Source: Bacteroidales bacterium (lineage in GTDB: Bacteria; Bacteroidota; Bacteroidia; Bacteroidales; WCHB1-69). From it: a DNA stretch of 64,000 bases. Below are positions 18,206 through 27,569 of this stretch, in pieces; positions within the stretch are counted from its first letter, which is position 1; each line of letters opens with the position of its first letter. The notes under the pieces are model-generated. The model saw nothing but the letters and a program-made list of their open reading frames with translations. It was not told the origin of the DNA and ran no database searches. The stretch covers positions 1,297-65,296 of the forward strand of contig JAKSMF010000001.1 of NCBI GenBank assembly GCA_024400775.1. The letters run 5' to 3'. The position numbers were made by a program, and so were the translations under genes.

Positions 18206-20920
18206 ATGATATTAATAATTAACGAACGATTGTTATTTAAATTGCGTTGCTTTATTGCAATGGCAATCAGTTTGTTATGTATTAATATCAATGCTCAGAC
18301 GGTTGTTTCCACGCCGTCGGATTCAACTTTTTCAGGCGACAGTGCAATAATTGCAAACGCAAACGCAAGCGTCAACGACACGCTTATTTTGAAAGATTCT
18401 GTCGCAAAAAATGACACAATCTACAAAAAGATTTCCAAAGACGCCATTGAAAAAAGAGTAACGTACGAGGCGCAGGATTCCATTGTCGTGGATATGAAAA
18501 ACCGTATCACCTACCTTTTCGGTGACGCGGTTGTGTATTATGACGATTTGGAACTGCGTGCTGACTACATTCAAATCGGCTTCGACACCCAGGAACTTTA
18601 CGCCACGGGTGTAGCAGACTCGGCAGGAAATGTGCACGGTTACCCCACTTTCAAACAGGGGGAGACCTTCTTCAAGGCGCATGAAATCAAATACAACTTC
18701 AATACCACAAAAGGCATTATCACTCAAGTGATTACAGTTGAAGGCGAAGGTTATATTCATGGTGAGAAAATCAAAAAGCTCGATGATAACACTTCGTTCA
18801 TCCAAAGAGGGAAATACACCACCTGCGAATTAGACCACCCGCACTTTGAAATCGCCTTCACCAAAGCGAAGGTGATGCCCAATGACAAAATCGTGACGGG
18901 GCCCGCCTATTTGAGTTTCGGCGGCATTCCCACTTTTTTGGCTATTCCCTTCGGCTACTTTCCCATCCAAAAAGGGCGCCGCTCCGGTATCATTATGCCA
19001 ACTTTTGGCGAATCCTCCAACCGCGGCTTTTATTTGGAAAATTTCGGATACTACTTCGGAATCAACGACAATATTGACCTTTTGCTGGCAGGCGACATCT
19101 ACACCAACGGAAGCTGGGCCGTAAAACTGCGTTCCAACTACGTTTACCGATACAAATGCACCGGCAACGTAAACCTCAGTTTCGCGCAGAACTTTTTCGG
19201 TGAAAAATATACGCCCAGTCGCTATACCAGTAACGACTTCAAAATCCACTGGGAGCACAAGCAAGATGCAAAATCTCACCCGACCACCCATTTTTCTGCA
19301 CACGTGGATATTGTGAGCAGCACCTTCAACAAATACAATCCATCCAGCGTAAATGACTATCTGTCAAATCAATATACCTCAAAACTAAACTTATCCACCA
19401 GCGCGAAAGGCATCTTTTTTGTAGATATGACGGCGTCTTATACTCAGAATACCAAAACAGGACAAGTGGATATCGCTCTGCCAGATGTTAGCATGTCTGT
19501 CAATCAATTTTATCCTTTCCGAAAAAAGAACAAGACCAAATTGAAATGGTACGACAACATTTCAATGAAGTGGACGTCGCAATTCACCAATCGTTTGTCA
19601 ACGCAGGATAGTATGATTTTGAAACCGGAAACGTGGAAAAACCTGGAGTTAGGCATGAAGCACTCCATACCGATCACCATTCCCATCAAAATCGCCAAAC
19701 TCATCAACTGGAATACCACCATCAATCTGACTGAAAAATGGTATTTGCAGCGCGAACAGCAAGTTTTTGACACGGTTCACAGTGAGGGATACATCGTTGG
19801 TACGGTCAATCGGATGATGGAACGCAACTTTTACGCGCTGCACGACATCAGCATTTCCACTTCGCTCACTACGAAAATTTATTTCATGTATCAGGCGAAA
19901 AAAGAGAAGGGACCAGCGTTGCGCCACGTCATGACGCCGACACTAAGCTTCACCTACTCCCCCAACCTGAGCGGCCAAACCTACGACCGTTATTTCAACA
20001 CGGTAACAGGCGAATATGTGGACTATTCCTACTTCAGCAACTCCATTTTCGGCGGTGTCGGCAACAACACTTCTGCCATTGCAAGATTCAACATCGCCAA
20101 CAATGTGGAAATGAAGGTGCGATCCCGCAAAGACACCATCACCGGGATGAAGAAAATTGTGCTTTTCGACAACGTAAATGTCGGATTTTTCTACGACTTT
20201 GCCGCCGACTCACTCAATTGGTCCATGCTCACCATTTCGGGCCGCACAACGCTTTTCAAACAGCTTTACATCACGTTCAACATCGGGTTTGACCCCTATT
20301 GCTACAATGAGCAGGGCATCCGCATCAACCGCACCGAATGGAAACAAAATCACCGTTTGATGCGCTTTTCCAACTCCGATTTGAGCATCAGTTTGAACTG
20401 GACCATCAACCAGGATTATTTCAAAGGAAAGAAAGATAAAAAGGTAAAAACTCCGGAAGAACAAGACCCGTTGTTTACGGAAAACACGCTCGGTATGCCG
20501 AACAAACGCCCCGACTTCAACAATCCGTGGTCGATAACTCTCAGTTACACATTCGCTTATACAGTTAAAGACAACACCTACTTCTACATGAATCCGACCT
20601 ATTATTCACTTTACGGGCTTGGCAAGGAAGATGTGGAAAAAGCACATACGGGCCGTATCGTACAGACATTGAACCTCAGCGGCGAATTAAAAAAAAAAAA
20701 AAAGTGGAAGATCGGTTTCACCACGGGCTACGATTTTGAACAAAAAGACTTTTCATACACCTCGTTTGATATCTACCGCGACTTACACTGCTGGGAGATG
20801 CGTTTCAACTGGATTCCGTTCGGCACACGCCGTGGCTGGAGTTTCACCATCAACGTAAAGGCATCCGTGCTGCAAGACTTGAAATACAACAAAAAACACG
20901 ATTTTAGAGAAAATTTCTAA
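18206..20920 (+). CDS. lptD: Putative LPS-assembly outer-membrane protein (LptD/OstA-like, Bacteroidetes type)
   Basis: About 904 aa. The OstA-like N-terminal beta-jellyroll pattern is present (VTYEAQDSIVVDMKNRITYLFGDAVVYYDDLELRADYIQ...). It is followed by a long aromatic-rich beta-barrel region. The start is uncertain (18206 or 18260); the ORF-track start at 18041 would overlap the divergent amidase gene. Confidence 0.7.
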   Translation: MILIINERLLFKLRCFIAMAISLLCININAQTVVSTPSDSTFSGDSAIIANANASVNDTLILKDSVAKNDTIYKKISKDAIEKRVTYEAQDSIVVDMKNRITYLFGDAVVYYDDLELRADYIQIGFDTQELYATGVADSAGNVHGYPTFKQGETFFKAHEIKYNFNTTKGIITQVITVEGEGYIHGEKIKKLDDNTSFIQRGKYTTCELDHPHFEIAFTKAKVMPNDKIVTGPAYLSFGGIPTFLAIPFGYFPIQKGRRSGIIMPTFGESSNRGFYLENFGYYFGINDNIDLLLAGDIYTNGSWAVKLRSNYVYRYKCTGNVNLSFAQNFFGEKYTPSRYTSNDFKIHWEHKQDAKSHPTTHFSAHVDIVSSTFNKYNPSSVNDYLSNQYTSKLNLSTSAKGIFFVDMTASYTQNTKTGQVDIALPDVSMSVNQFYPFRKKNKTKLKWYDNISMKWTSQFTNRLSTQDSMILKPETWKNLELGMKHSIPITIPIKIAKLINWNTTINLTEKWYLQREQQVFDTVHSEGYIVGTVNRMMERNFYALHDISISTSLTTKIYFMYQAKKEKGPALRHVMTPTLSFTYSPNLSGQTYDRYFNTVTGEYVDYSYFSNSIFGGVGNNTSAIARFNIANNVEMKVRSRKDTITGMKKIVLFDNVNVGFFYDFAADSLNWSMLTISGRTTLFKQLYITFNIGFDPYCYNEQGIRINRTEWKQNHRLMRFSNSDLSISLNWTINQDYFKGKKDKKVKTPEEQDPLFTENTLGMPNKRPDFNNPWSITLSYTFAYTVKDNTYFYMNPTYYSLYGLGKEDVEKAHTGRIVQTLNLSGELKKKKKWKIGFTTGYDFEQKDFSYTSFDIYRDLHCWEMRFNWIPFGTRRGWSFTINVKASVLQDLKYNKKHDFRENF
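20689..20703 (+). repeat. A15 homopolymer inside the lptD-like CDS
   Basis: Reads gaaTTAAAAAAAAAAAAAAAGtgg and encodes L-KKKKK-W. It is in frame as given. Confidence 0.95.
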
Positions 20921-20928
20921 AAAAAATA

Positions 20929-20952
20929 ATTTTCACCCAAGATTTTCACCCA
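20929..20952 (+). promoter_or_regulatory. Perfect 11-bp direct repeat ATTTTCACCCA x2 upstream of the ECF sigma gene
   Basis: The copies are at 20929-20939 and 20942-20952 (13 bp period) and end 17 nt before the ATG at 20970. No TAnnTTTG box lies in this spacer. Confidence 0.35.
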
Positions 20953-20969
20953 TAACTGCGTTTTATAGT

Positions 20970-21530
20970 ATGTCTAAACAGTTAAGCGAAGAAGAAATCA
21001 GGCAACTGATAGCAGATTGCAAAGCCGAAAAAAGGAGGGCCCAGCATAAGTTATTCAAGTTGTTCTACAGCAAATCGATGGCTGTTTGCATGAGATATGC
21101 GAAAAGTGAGGAGGAGGCGCAAGACATGTTGAATGAGGGGTTTTTGAAGGTGTTTTCCAATTTAGGGAAATACGAAGAGGGAGGTTCTTTTGAAGCTTGG
21201 GTGAAAAAAGTGATGGTAAATGCGGCCATCGACTACCAAAGGAAATACAAAACGCTGACGCAAACCACCAGCTTTGAAGATGTTACGGAGGTAGAGATGC
21301 AGACAACCGCCGAAAACAACGCCATTGCCAAGATGAGCGCCGATGAGTTGATCGGACTCATTCAAAAACTGCCACCCACCACGCGAAGCGTGTTCAATCT
21401 CTACGTTTTCGAAGAGTACCCGCACGCTGAAATCGCAAAAATGCTGGACATGAAAGAGGGAACGTCACACTGGCACCTCAATTTCGCCCGCACCAAGTTA
21501 AAAGAAATGATAAACGCAAGAAACTGCTAG
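20970..21530 (+). CDS. RNA polymerase ECF-type sigma-70 factor
   Basis: 186 aa with region 2 (LFKLFYSKSMAVCMRYAKSEEEAQDMLNEGFLKVF) and region 4 (TRSVFNLYVFEEYPHAEIAKMLDMKEGTSHWHLNFARTKLK). Confidence 0.85.
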   Translation: MSKQLSEEEIRQLIADCKAEKRRAQHKLFKLFYSKSMAVCMRYAKSEEEAQDMLNEGFLKVFSNLGKYEEGGSFEAWVKKVMVNAAIDYQRKYKTLTQTTSFEDVTEVEMQTTAENNAIAKMSADELIGLIQKLPPTTRSVFNLYVFEEYPHAEIAKMLDMKEGTSHWHLNFARTKLKEMINARNC

Positions 21531-21533
21531 AAT

Positions 21534-22055
21534 ATGTCGGAATTCGACCAATTATTTAAGGAGAAAGTAGAGGAGAAAAAGTATGAATATTCTGCCAAAA
21601 GTTGGCAGAGTTTCAAACAGAAAGCCGGTTGGAAAAAATCTTCAAAAGGCTTACACACTGTTGTTATCTCCTGTATCGGCATCATTGCTGTAGTTCTTGG
21701 TTGTTACTTTGGGTATAGATTTCTGAACGACACAAACGAGAAGCCGGTGACACCAGGCGGGGAGAACTCATGCCAAAAACCGGCAGCAGCGGGAGTCGCA
21801 GAATCGCAGACCACAGAGATGAAAAGTGACGAACAGATGCCAGAAACCAGCACGGCCTCACAAGTCGAGAAGTCTGCGACGGGCAATACCGACCAACCGA
21901 AGCCGCAGGTTGAGCCAGTGGAAGAGCCGACGACGGTCGCCAAACCCGACACAACCGCCACAAAGCCGACACCCAGCCGCAAACCCACCAATACGGGGCG
22001 TGTAAGACACATTTTCGTCATCAACCCGGACACCATTCCGAACAACGATTTTTAA
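21534..22055 (+). CDS. Hypothetical single-pass membrane protein, candidate anti-sigma partner
   Basis: 173 aa. Its start is 4 nt after the sigma gene stop. It has a short cytoplasmic N-terminus, one TM segment (VVISCIGIIAVVLGCYFGY) and a Pro/Thr/Glu-rich tail. The call rests on position only. Confidence 0.4.
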   Translation: MSEFDQLFKEKVEEKKYEYSAKSWQSFKQKAGWKKSSKGLHTVVISCIGIIAVVLGCYFGYRFLNDTNEKPVTPGGENSCQKPAAAGVAESQTTEMKSDEQMPETSTASQVEKSATGNTDQPKPQVEPVEEPTTVAKPDTTATKPTPSRKPTNTGRVRHIFVINPDTIPNNDF

Positions 22056-22080
22056 TTTTCTATTTTTTATAAAAAAATCG

Positions 22081-22088
22081 TATCTTTG
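22081..22088 (+). promoter_or_regulatory. -7 box TAtcTTTG
   Basis: The context is TATCTTTGcacgc, 24 nt upstream of the ATG at 22112. This argues against the TTG start at 22100. Confidence 0.5.
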
Positions 22089-22111
22089 CACGCTGTATTT
22101 TGGCGAGCAAT

Positions 22112-23272
22112 ATGACAGACAAATTTGATTCCATTCGGCATTTCAAACCAAGCGAAACTCTCGCAGCACAAGAGGAAATCTTTGCTGATGAGACGTTTAG
22201 TCATGCGCTTGAAAAACTGAACATGGGGATCACTGCGGAAAGCTTACGCGAGGAGTGTAAGACTTTTAAATCGCATTATGACTTCCAAAAGAACTTTGCG
22301 GGGCGCTTTCTACGGTATTATTCCGACCGCACCACCACTAAAGTAAACTACAGCGGGCTCGAAAATATTGAGCCGAACAAGGCTTACATGTTTATCGCCA
22401 ATCACCGCGATATCATCATGGATTCCACCTATTTGCAACTGTATTTTTTCGACAACGACATAAACACCTCAAAAATCGCCATCGGCGACAATCTGGTCTC
22501 CACGCCGCTCATGCTCAATATCGCGAAATTGAACAAGATGTTTTTGGTGAAACGGAGTGCCTCACTGCGCGAAAAATTGGTCAATTCAAAGGAGCTTTCC
22601 GAATACATTCACTACAGCATGTTCGACGAACACGAATCAGTGTGGATTGCGCAAAGAAATGGCAGAACCAAAAACGGCATCGACCTCACACAGCAAGGAT
22701 TAGTGAAAATGCTCACCTACTATGATGAGAGCCGCGACGTGTTGGACATTCTGAAGGAAATGCACATCACCCCGCTGACGGTTTCGTATGAATATGAGCC
22801 TTGCGACAATCTGAAAGCCAGAGAGTTGGCACTTTCGGAACACGAAAAATACGTAAAAAAACCGGGGGAAGACTTCAACAGCGTCTGCCAAGGCATTTTT
22901 GGATTCAAAGGCGAAGTGAATTTCGTTATCGGCAAGTCGATTGACGACGAAATTGCTCAGATTCCCACCGACCTTCGCAAGAACGACAAACTCACGGCGG
23001 TATGCCAAATTATTGACAAGCAAATCTACGCAAACTACAAATTATACGCCACCAACTACATTGCTTACGACTACCTCGGAAACTGCCAAGAGTTTGCAGA
23101 GTATTATACGCCTCAACAAAAAGAAGCATTTTTACATTATATTGACAAACAATCAATTACCGAAGATGTGGATGCAAAAAAGATGAAAAATTATCTGCTC
23201 AACATTTACGCTAATCCCGTAAAAACACACTTCGGCAAAAATTTGGCAAATCAAGAAGAAAACGATTGGTAA
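22112..23272 (+). CDS. Glycerolipid/lysophospholipid acyltransferase family protein (PlsC-like)
   Basis: About 386 aa. The acyltransferase HX4D motif is present in FIANHRDIIMDS. The substrate is unknown. Confidence 0.7.
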   Translation: MTDKFDSIRHFKPSETLAAQEEIFADETFSHALEKLNMGITAESLREECKTFKSHYDFQKNFAGRFLRYYSDRTTTKVNYSGLENIEPNKAYMFIANHRDIIMDSTYLQLYFFDNDINTSKIAIGDNLVSTPLMLNIAKLNKMFLVKRSASLREKLVNSKELSEYIHYSMFDEHESVWIAQRNGRTKNGIDLTQQGLVKMLTYYDESRDVLDILKEMHITPLTVSYEYEPCDNLKARELALSEHEKYVKKPGEDFNSVCQGIFGFKGEVNFVIGKSIDDEIAQIPTDLRKNDKLTAVCQIIDKQIYANYKLYATNYIAYDYLGNCQEFAEYYTPQQKEAFLHYIDKQSITEDVDAKKMKNYLLNIYANPVKTHFGKNLANQEENDW

Positions 23273-23273
23273 A

Positions 23274-24281
23274 ATGAATGATATACAACCTCCGTCGGAG
23301 CAAAAAATACTGATCATCAGATTCAGTTCCATTGGAGACATCGTGCTGACTACGCCGATAATCCGTTGTGTAAAACAACAAGTCCCGGGTGCCAAAGTGC
23401 ATTTTCTGGTCAAAAAAAACAATGCCACCATACTTGAGAGCAATCCCCACATCGACAAAGTTCACCTCTTCGAAGGAGATAGTGACGCGATTATCAAGGA
23501 GTTAAAGGCAGAGCATTTTGACTTTGTGGCTGACCTTCAGAAAAACCATCGTTCCCGCAAGTTGGTGAAAAAGTTAGGCTGCACGCACGAAACTTTTCCC
23601 AAATGCAATGTAAAAAAAGCAGTTTTGGTTGGCACAAAGATGAACTTTTTGCCTGAAAAACACATTGTGGACCGATACTTTGAAGCGGTGGCGCCATTGT
23701 CGGTTCACAACGACGGGCAAGGGCTGGACTACTTCATTCCGGAAGAGGAAAAGTTTGATATTCAAGATCTTCCTGCTGGTTTTGAGGAGGGTTACATAGC
23801 TGTAGCTGTGGGGGCCAAACATGCGACGAAACGCATTCCGGTTGAAAAAATAATTGAAATAGGCAACTTACTTTACAAACCGATGATACTGTTAGGCGAC
23901 CGCAACGACTTCGGCGCCGGAGAGGAGATTGCCACCCAGATGAACGGCAAAGCCTTTAACGCCTGCGGAAAATATTCTTTGAATACGACAGCATCCATCG
24001 TAGAACAAAGCGACTGTGTACTGACGGCAGACACAGGAATCATGCACATTGCGGCAGCACTGCATAAACCGATAACCTCTCTTTGGGGCAATACCGTGCC
24101 AGAACTTGGCATGTACCCCTACACGGCTCCGAATGCGCCCGAATGCCGAATTTTTGAAATCCCCTATTTGAAATGCCGTCCATGCTCAAAATTAGGTTTC
24201 GATAAATGTCCGCTCAAGCATTTCAAATGCATGAACCTCATCTCTTCATACGAAGTTGCCGACTGGATTAACCAATTCTAA
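23274..24281 (+). CDS. Glycosyltransferase family 9 (LPS heptosyltransferase-like)
   Basis: 335 aa. The N-terminus ILIIRFSSIGDIVLTTPIIRCVK is typical of GT9, as is the C-terminal DTGIMHIAAAL. Confidence 0.8.
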   Translation: MNDIQPPSEQKILIIRFSSIGDIVLTTPIIRCVKQQVPGAKVHFLVKKNNATILESNPHIDKVHLFEGDSDAIIKELKAEHFDFVADLQKNHRSRKLVKKLGCTHETFPKCNVKKAVLVGTKMNFLPEKHIVDRYFEAVAPLSVHNDGQGLDYFIPEEEKFDIQDLPAGFEEGYIAVAVGAKHATKRIPVEKIIEIGNLLYKPMILLGDRNDFGAGEEIATQMNGKAFNACGKYSLNTTASIVEQSDCVLTADTGIMHIAAALHKPITSLWGNTVPELGMYPYTAPNAPECRIFEIPYLKCRPCSKLGFDKCPLKHFKCMNLISSYEVADWINQF

Positions 24282-24282
24282 A

Positions 24283-25335
24283 TTGAAAAAATTACGACTA
24301 ATACTGCTTGCTCCTATCGGTGCCTTTTATGGCATCATTGCATTGTTACGCAGAAAGTTGTACAATAAAAAGAATAATCGTTATACCCACGCAACTATGC
24401 CAACAATTTGCATAGGCAACCTCGCAGTCGGAGGAACGGGAAAAACGCCACACACAGAATACCTTCTACGGATGCTGTCAGAAAGATTCACAGTGGCGAC
24501 ATTAAGCAGGGGATACGGACGAAAGACAAAAGGCTACATTTTAGCAGAGGCGACACATAGCGCCGCCGAAGTCGGAGATGAACCATTGCAGATGAAGATG
24601 AAATTTCCCGGCATAACGGTAGCCGTTTGCGAAAAGCGCAAAGAGGGATTGTTACACATCGCTGAAGAGAAACCGTCAACACAAGTTGTGTTGCTGGACG
24701 ATGCCTTCCAGCATCTAGAAGTCAGATGTCGCAAACAGATTATACTTACCGACTACGCGTCACCCTATTACCAAGACTTTCCGCTTCCCGCAGGCAACTT
24801 GCGCGAATTCAAGTCCGCGGCCAACGAAGCCGACACCATCATCGTCACCAAATGCCCGGACAACCTGAGCTTGGACGAGGCCACAGACATTGAGAAAAGG
24901 CTCAAATTAAGGTCAGGACAATCCTGCTTTTTCACCTGTCTCAAATACGAAGAACCGCAGGCAATGACGCCCACGGCCAAGGCAATGACCATAAGTCAGA
25001 AAACTTCAATTGTATTGCTTTCTGGAATCGCACATCCAGAGCATCTATATCACCATTTATCTTTACAATATAATGATATAGAATCAATTGAATTTCCAGA
25101 CCACCACAATTTCAATAAAATAGAAATTAGTTTAGTATGCAAAAAATTAGCACAGTCTAACCAAGAAAAAGTAATTTTTATCACGGAAAAAGATGCTGCA
25201 AGACTGCAAAATACCGAATTATGGGAAATGCTATCGAAAATGCCTGTTTTCAGCATACCCGTCAAAGTGAAATTCTTGTGGAGGGGAGAGGATTTTCAGA
25301 GGGAAATTGAATCCACCATAGAAAGGCAAGCGTAA
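24283..25335 (+). CDS. lpxK: Tetraacyldisaccharide 4'-kinase
   Basis: It has GNLAVGGTGKTPHTEYL (P-loop), SRGYGRKTKG and LLDDAFQH. No ATG lies upstream of the P-loop region, so I infer a TTG start at 24283 (or 24256, which overlaps the GT9 gene). Confidence 0.8.
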   Translation: MKKLRLILLAPIGAFYGIIALLRRKLYNKKNNRYTHATMPTICIGNLAVGGTGKTPHTEYLLRMLSERFTVATLSRGYGRKTKGYILAEATHSAAEVGDEPLQMKMKFPGITVAVCEKRKEGLLHIAEEKPSTQVVLLDDAFQHLEVRCRKQIILTDYASPYYQDFPLPAGNLREFKSAANEADTIIVTKCPDNLSLDEATDIEKRLKLRSGQSCFFTCLKYEEPQAMTPTAKAMTISQKTSIVLLSGIAHPEHLYHHLSLQYNDIESIEFPDHHNFNKIEISLVCKKLAQSNQEKVIFITEKDAARLQNTELWEMLSKMPVFSIPVKVKFLWRGEDFQREIESTIERQA

Positions 25336-25336
25336 A

Positions 25337-26119
25337 TCACATTTCGGTCTCTTTTTTCACGATATGGGTGAGAATGCGTGTGCGAATGTCGGAAGGAGTA
25401 ATCTTAGAGAAGACGAATGCCGCCGGGTTGACCACGATTTCCCTTTTTCCACGCAACGCTTGTCGCACACAACGATGTGCAACCTTTTCAGGGGAGATTA
25501 GGGTTAATTTTCCAAAAACACCTTGTTTTTCAATACGTTGACAAATACTTTGGCTCGTCGCCATAGCGCCAGGACAGACCACACTCACGGAAAGACCGGT
25601 TTTACGAAATTCGGCACGGATAGCGTGTGAAAAGTGGTGTACAAAGGCCTTACTTGCAGGATAGACCATTTTATAACCGATGGGAGTGAGGGCCGCCATA
25701 CTGGCCACATTCAAAATAAAGCTCTTATTTTGTTGTAAAAGATTATCTAACAATAGTTTACAAAAAAGTGTGGTAGCAGTGACATTCAGCTGGATGATTT
25801 TTTCAAGGTAACTGACATCAACCTTATCGAATCGTTGAGAGCCGCCAACGCCGGCATTATTGATCAAGAAAAAAACGTTATACTTCGCATTGATTTCGTC
25901 AACCGCAGAAATGACGCTTTCACGTTTGGTGAGATCTGCAATGACATACTGACTATCAACATGATAAGTATTTCGCAGTTCTTCACATAATGCCGAAATT
26001 TGGCAGTTCGAACTAACTAAAAGGGTGTTTATTCCGCACTTCGCCAATTCAAATGCGAAAGCGCGTCCCAGGCCACGACTGGCACCGGTAACGACAGCGT
26101 ACTGATTCGGATAACTCAT
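25337..26119 (-). CDS. Classical short-chain dehydrogenase/reductase (SDR)
   Basis: 260 aa with TGASRGLG, NNAG and the YPASK catalytic motif. Confidence 0.85.
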   Translation of the reverse strand: MSYPNQYAVVTGASRGLGRAFAFELAKCGINTLLVSSNCQISALCEELRNTYHVDSQYVIADLTKRESVISAVDEINAKYNVFFLINNAGVGGSQRFDKVDVSYLEKIIQLNVTATTLFCKLLLDNLLQQNKSFILNVASMAALTPIGYKMVYPASKAFVHHFSHAIRAEFRKTGLSVSVVCPGAMATSQSICQRIEKQGVFGKLTLISPEKVAHRCVRQALRGKREIVVNPAAFVFSKITPSDIRTRILTHIVKKETEM

Positions 26120-26121
26120 TA

Positions 26122-27231
26122 TTACAGAATACTTTTCTTATAACATCTTCTTCTGCTCAATGGCTCAGAATTGTAGTATTTTTTCCAAATGTGGTTGGCC
26201 GGATTGTTTTCCAACTGCTGTGAAGTAAAGGCATATTCAAAACCGTGACGAAGAAATACCTCATTTAACTGTTTGTGATACAACAAATGAATACCGGTAT
26301 TGGCATATTCGGGAATCACTCCGGTAAGGTACATATCGACATACTTGTTTTTACGCAACGAACGCAGAATCGGGAGAAAGCCGAAGGGGAAAAGTTTTCC
26401 GTTTGCTTTTTGGAATGCGCTGCTCAACGACGGGAGGCAAAAAGAGATGCCCACCATTTTTCCATTTTCATCTTCCAAAACAGAAATCAAATCGGGCACG
26501 GCAACCCCGAAATTACCCTTTACAACCGATTCTATCTCTTTATCTGTCAATGGAATAAAGTTAAAAATATCTTGATAGCTCTCATTCAGCACATTGAAGA
26601 ACTCTGTGCCAATTTTTTTCAAAGCCACCTTACTTTTGTATTGGCGAATAGTAACTTTGGATTTAGAAGAAACGTGTTGCGCCATTCGTTCGATAGCCTC
26701 AGGAACTTCAAGTACTTTTACCTTATACTGAATATAATCGACTTCTTTTTCAAATCCGAGATTTTCGACAAATTTCGGATAATAGTCGTAGTTGTAGTCG
26801 GCTTCGATGGAAGTAGGGTGATCAAATCCTTCAACGAGCATGGCCTGTCGCTGCATATTGGAGAATCGGGAAGGGCCGCAGATGGTATCCAGATTATTTT
26901 CGCGTCCCCATCTTTCCACCGTATTCAGCAAAGCACTTGCAACATCCTGATTGTCAATCACATCAAACCAACCGAAACGTACACGTCTTTGATTTTTAAG
27001 TTCATTATAGCGATGATTGATGATGCCAGCGATACGTCCCACGATTTGGTCGTTTTCGTAAGCGAGCCACAATTTGACGGTACAGAAGTCAAGGGCCTGA
27101 TGTGATGTAAGCTCCTTTAATTCAGCATTATCCAACGGAGGAACATAATAAGGACAACCCTTATACAATTTTCGAGGGAATTGGACAAAAGCTTTTAGTT
27201 CTTTTTTTGTTTTAACTTCGGAAATAACCAT
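26122..27231 (-). CDS. GNAT-fold-like acyltransferase family protein (function unknown)
   Basis: About 369 aa counted from MVISEVKTKKELKAF. The N-terminal region (YENDQIVGRIAGIIN...FGWFDV...) resembles an acyl-CoA N-acyltransferase fold. The start is 27231 or 27246. Confidence 0.5.
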   Translation of the reverse strand: MVISEVKTKKELKAFVQFPRKLYKGCPYYVPPLDNAELKELTSHQALDFCTVKLWLAYENDQIVGRIAGIINHRYNELKNQRRVRFGWFDVIDNQDVASALLNTVERWGRENNLDTICGPSRFSNMQRQAMLVEGFDHPTSIEADYNYDYYPKFVENLGFEKEVDYIQYKVKVLEVPEAIERMAQHVSSKSKVTIRQYKSKVALKKIGTEFFNVLNESYQDIFNFIPLTDKEIESVVKGNFGVAVPDLISVLEDENGKMVGISFCLPSLSSAFQKANGKLFPFGFLPILRSLRKNKYVDMYLTGVIPEYANTGIHLLYHKQLNEVFLRHGFEYAFTSQQLENNPANHIWKKYYNSEPLSRRRCYKKSIL

Positions 27232-27324
27232 AACAAAAGAGCCCAATATGGGCGAAACAACAAAGTGTAAACAAAATAGTCAATAAAATGTTCACATCGA
27301 TGTGCCACATCACTAAAAAAATTG

Positions 27325-27332
27325 TATTTTTG
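27325..27332 (+). promoter_or_regulatory. -7 box TAttTTTG for tRNA-Gly
   Basis: The context is TATTTTTGcagcc, ending 12 nt before the tRNA 5' end. tRNA-Gln shows identical spacing and context. Confidence 0.6.
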
Positions 27333-27343
27333 CAGCCTGAAAA

Positions 27344-27416
27344 GCGGTAATAGCTCAGTTGGTAGAGCGGCAGCTTCCCAAGCTGCAGGTCGCGGGTTCG
27401 AGACCCGTTTACCGCT
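27344..27416 (+). tRNA. tRNA-Gly (anticodon CCC)
   Basis: Cloverleaf: acceptor GCGGTAA/TTACCGC, D arm GCTC-AGTTGGTA-GAGC, anticodon arm GCAGC-TTCCCAA-GCTGC, T arm GCGGG-TTCGAGA-CCCGT. Confidence 0.9.
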
Positions 27417-27420
27417 CATG

Positions 27421-27447
27421 AAGCTCCAAGTGTTTGGGGCTTTTTTC
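27421..27447 (+). terminator. Terminator after tRNA-Gly
   Basis: AAGCTCCAA-gtgt-TTGGGGCTT forms a 9 bp stem with one G-U, followed by TTTTT. Confidence 0.6.
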
Positions 27448-27569
27448 TTTTTCGGAAATACATCAATACAAGCATGTTAGTCTTAAATTTCTGCAAATAT
27501 TGATAATGGTGGCGGCAGATTGCAAAATTTCGTGTAATTTTGCCGCCCCATTTTAAACTATAATATAGT

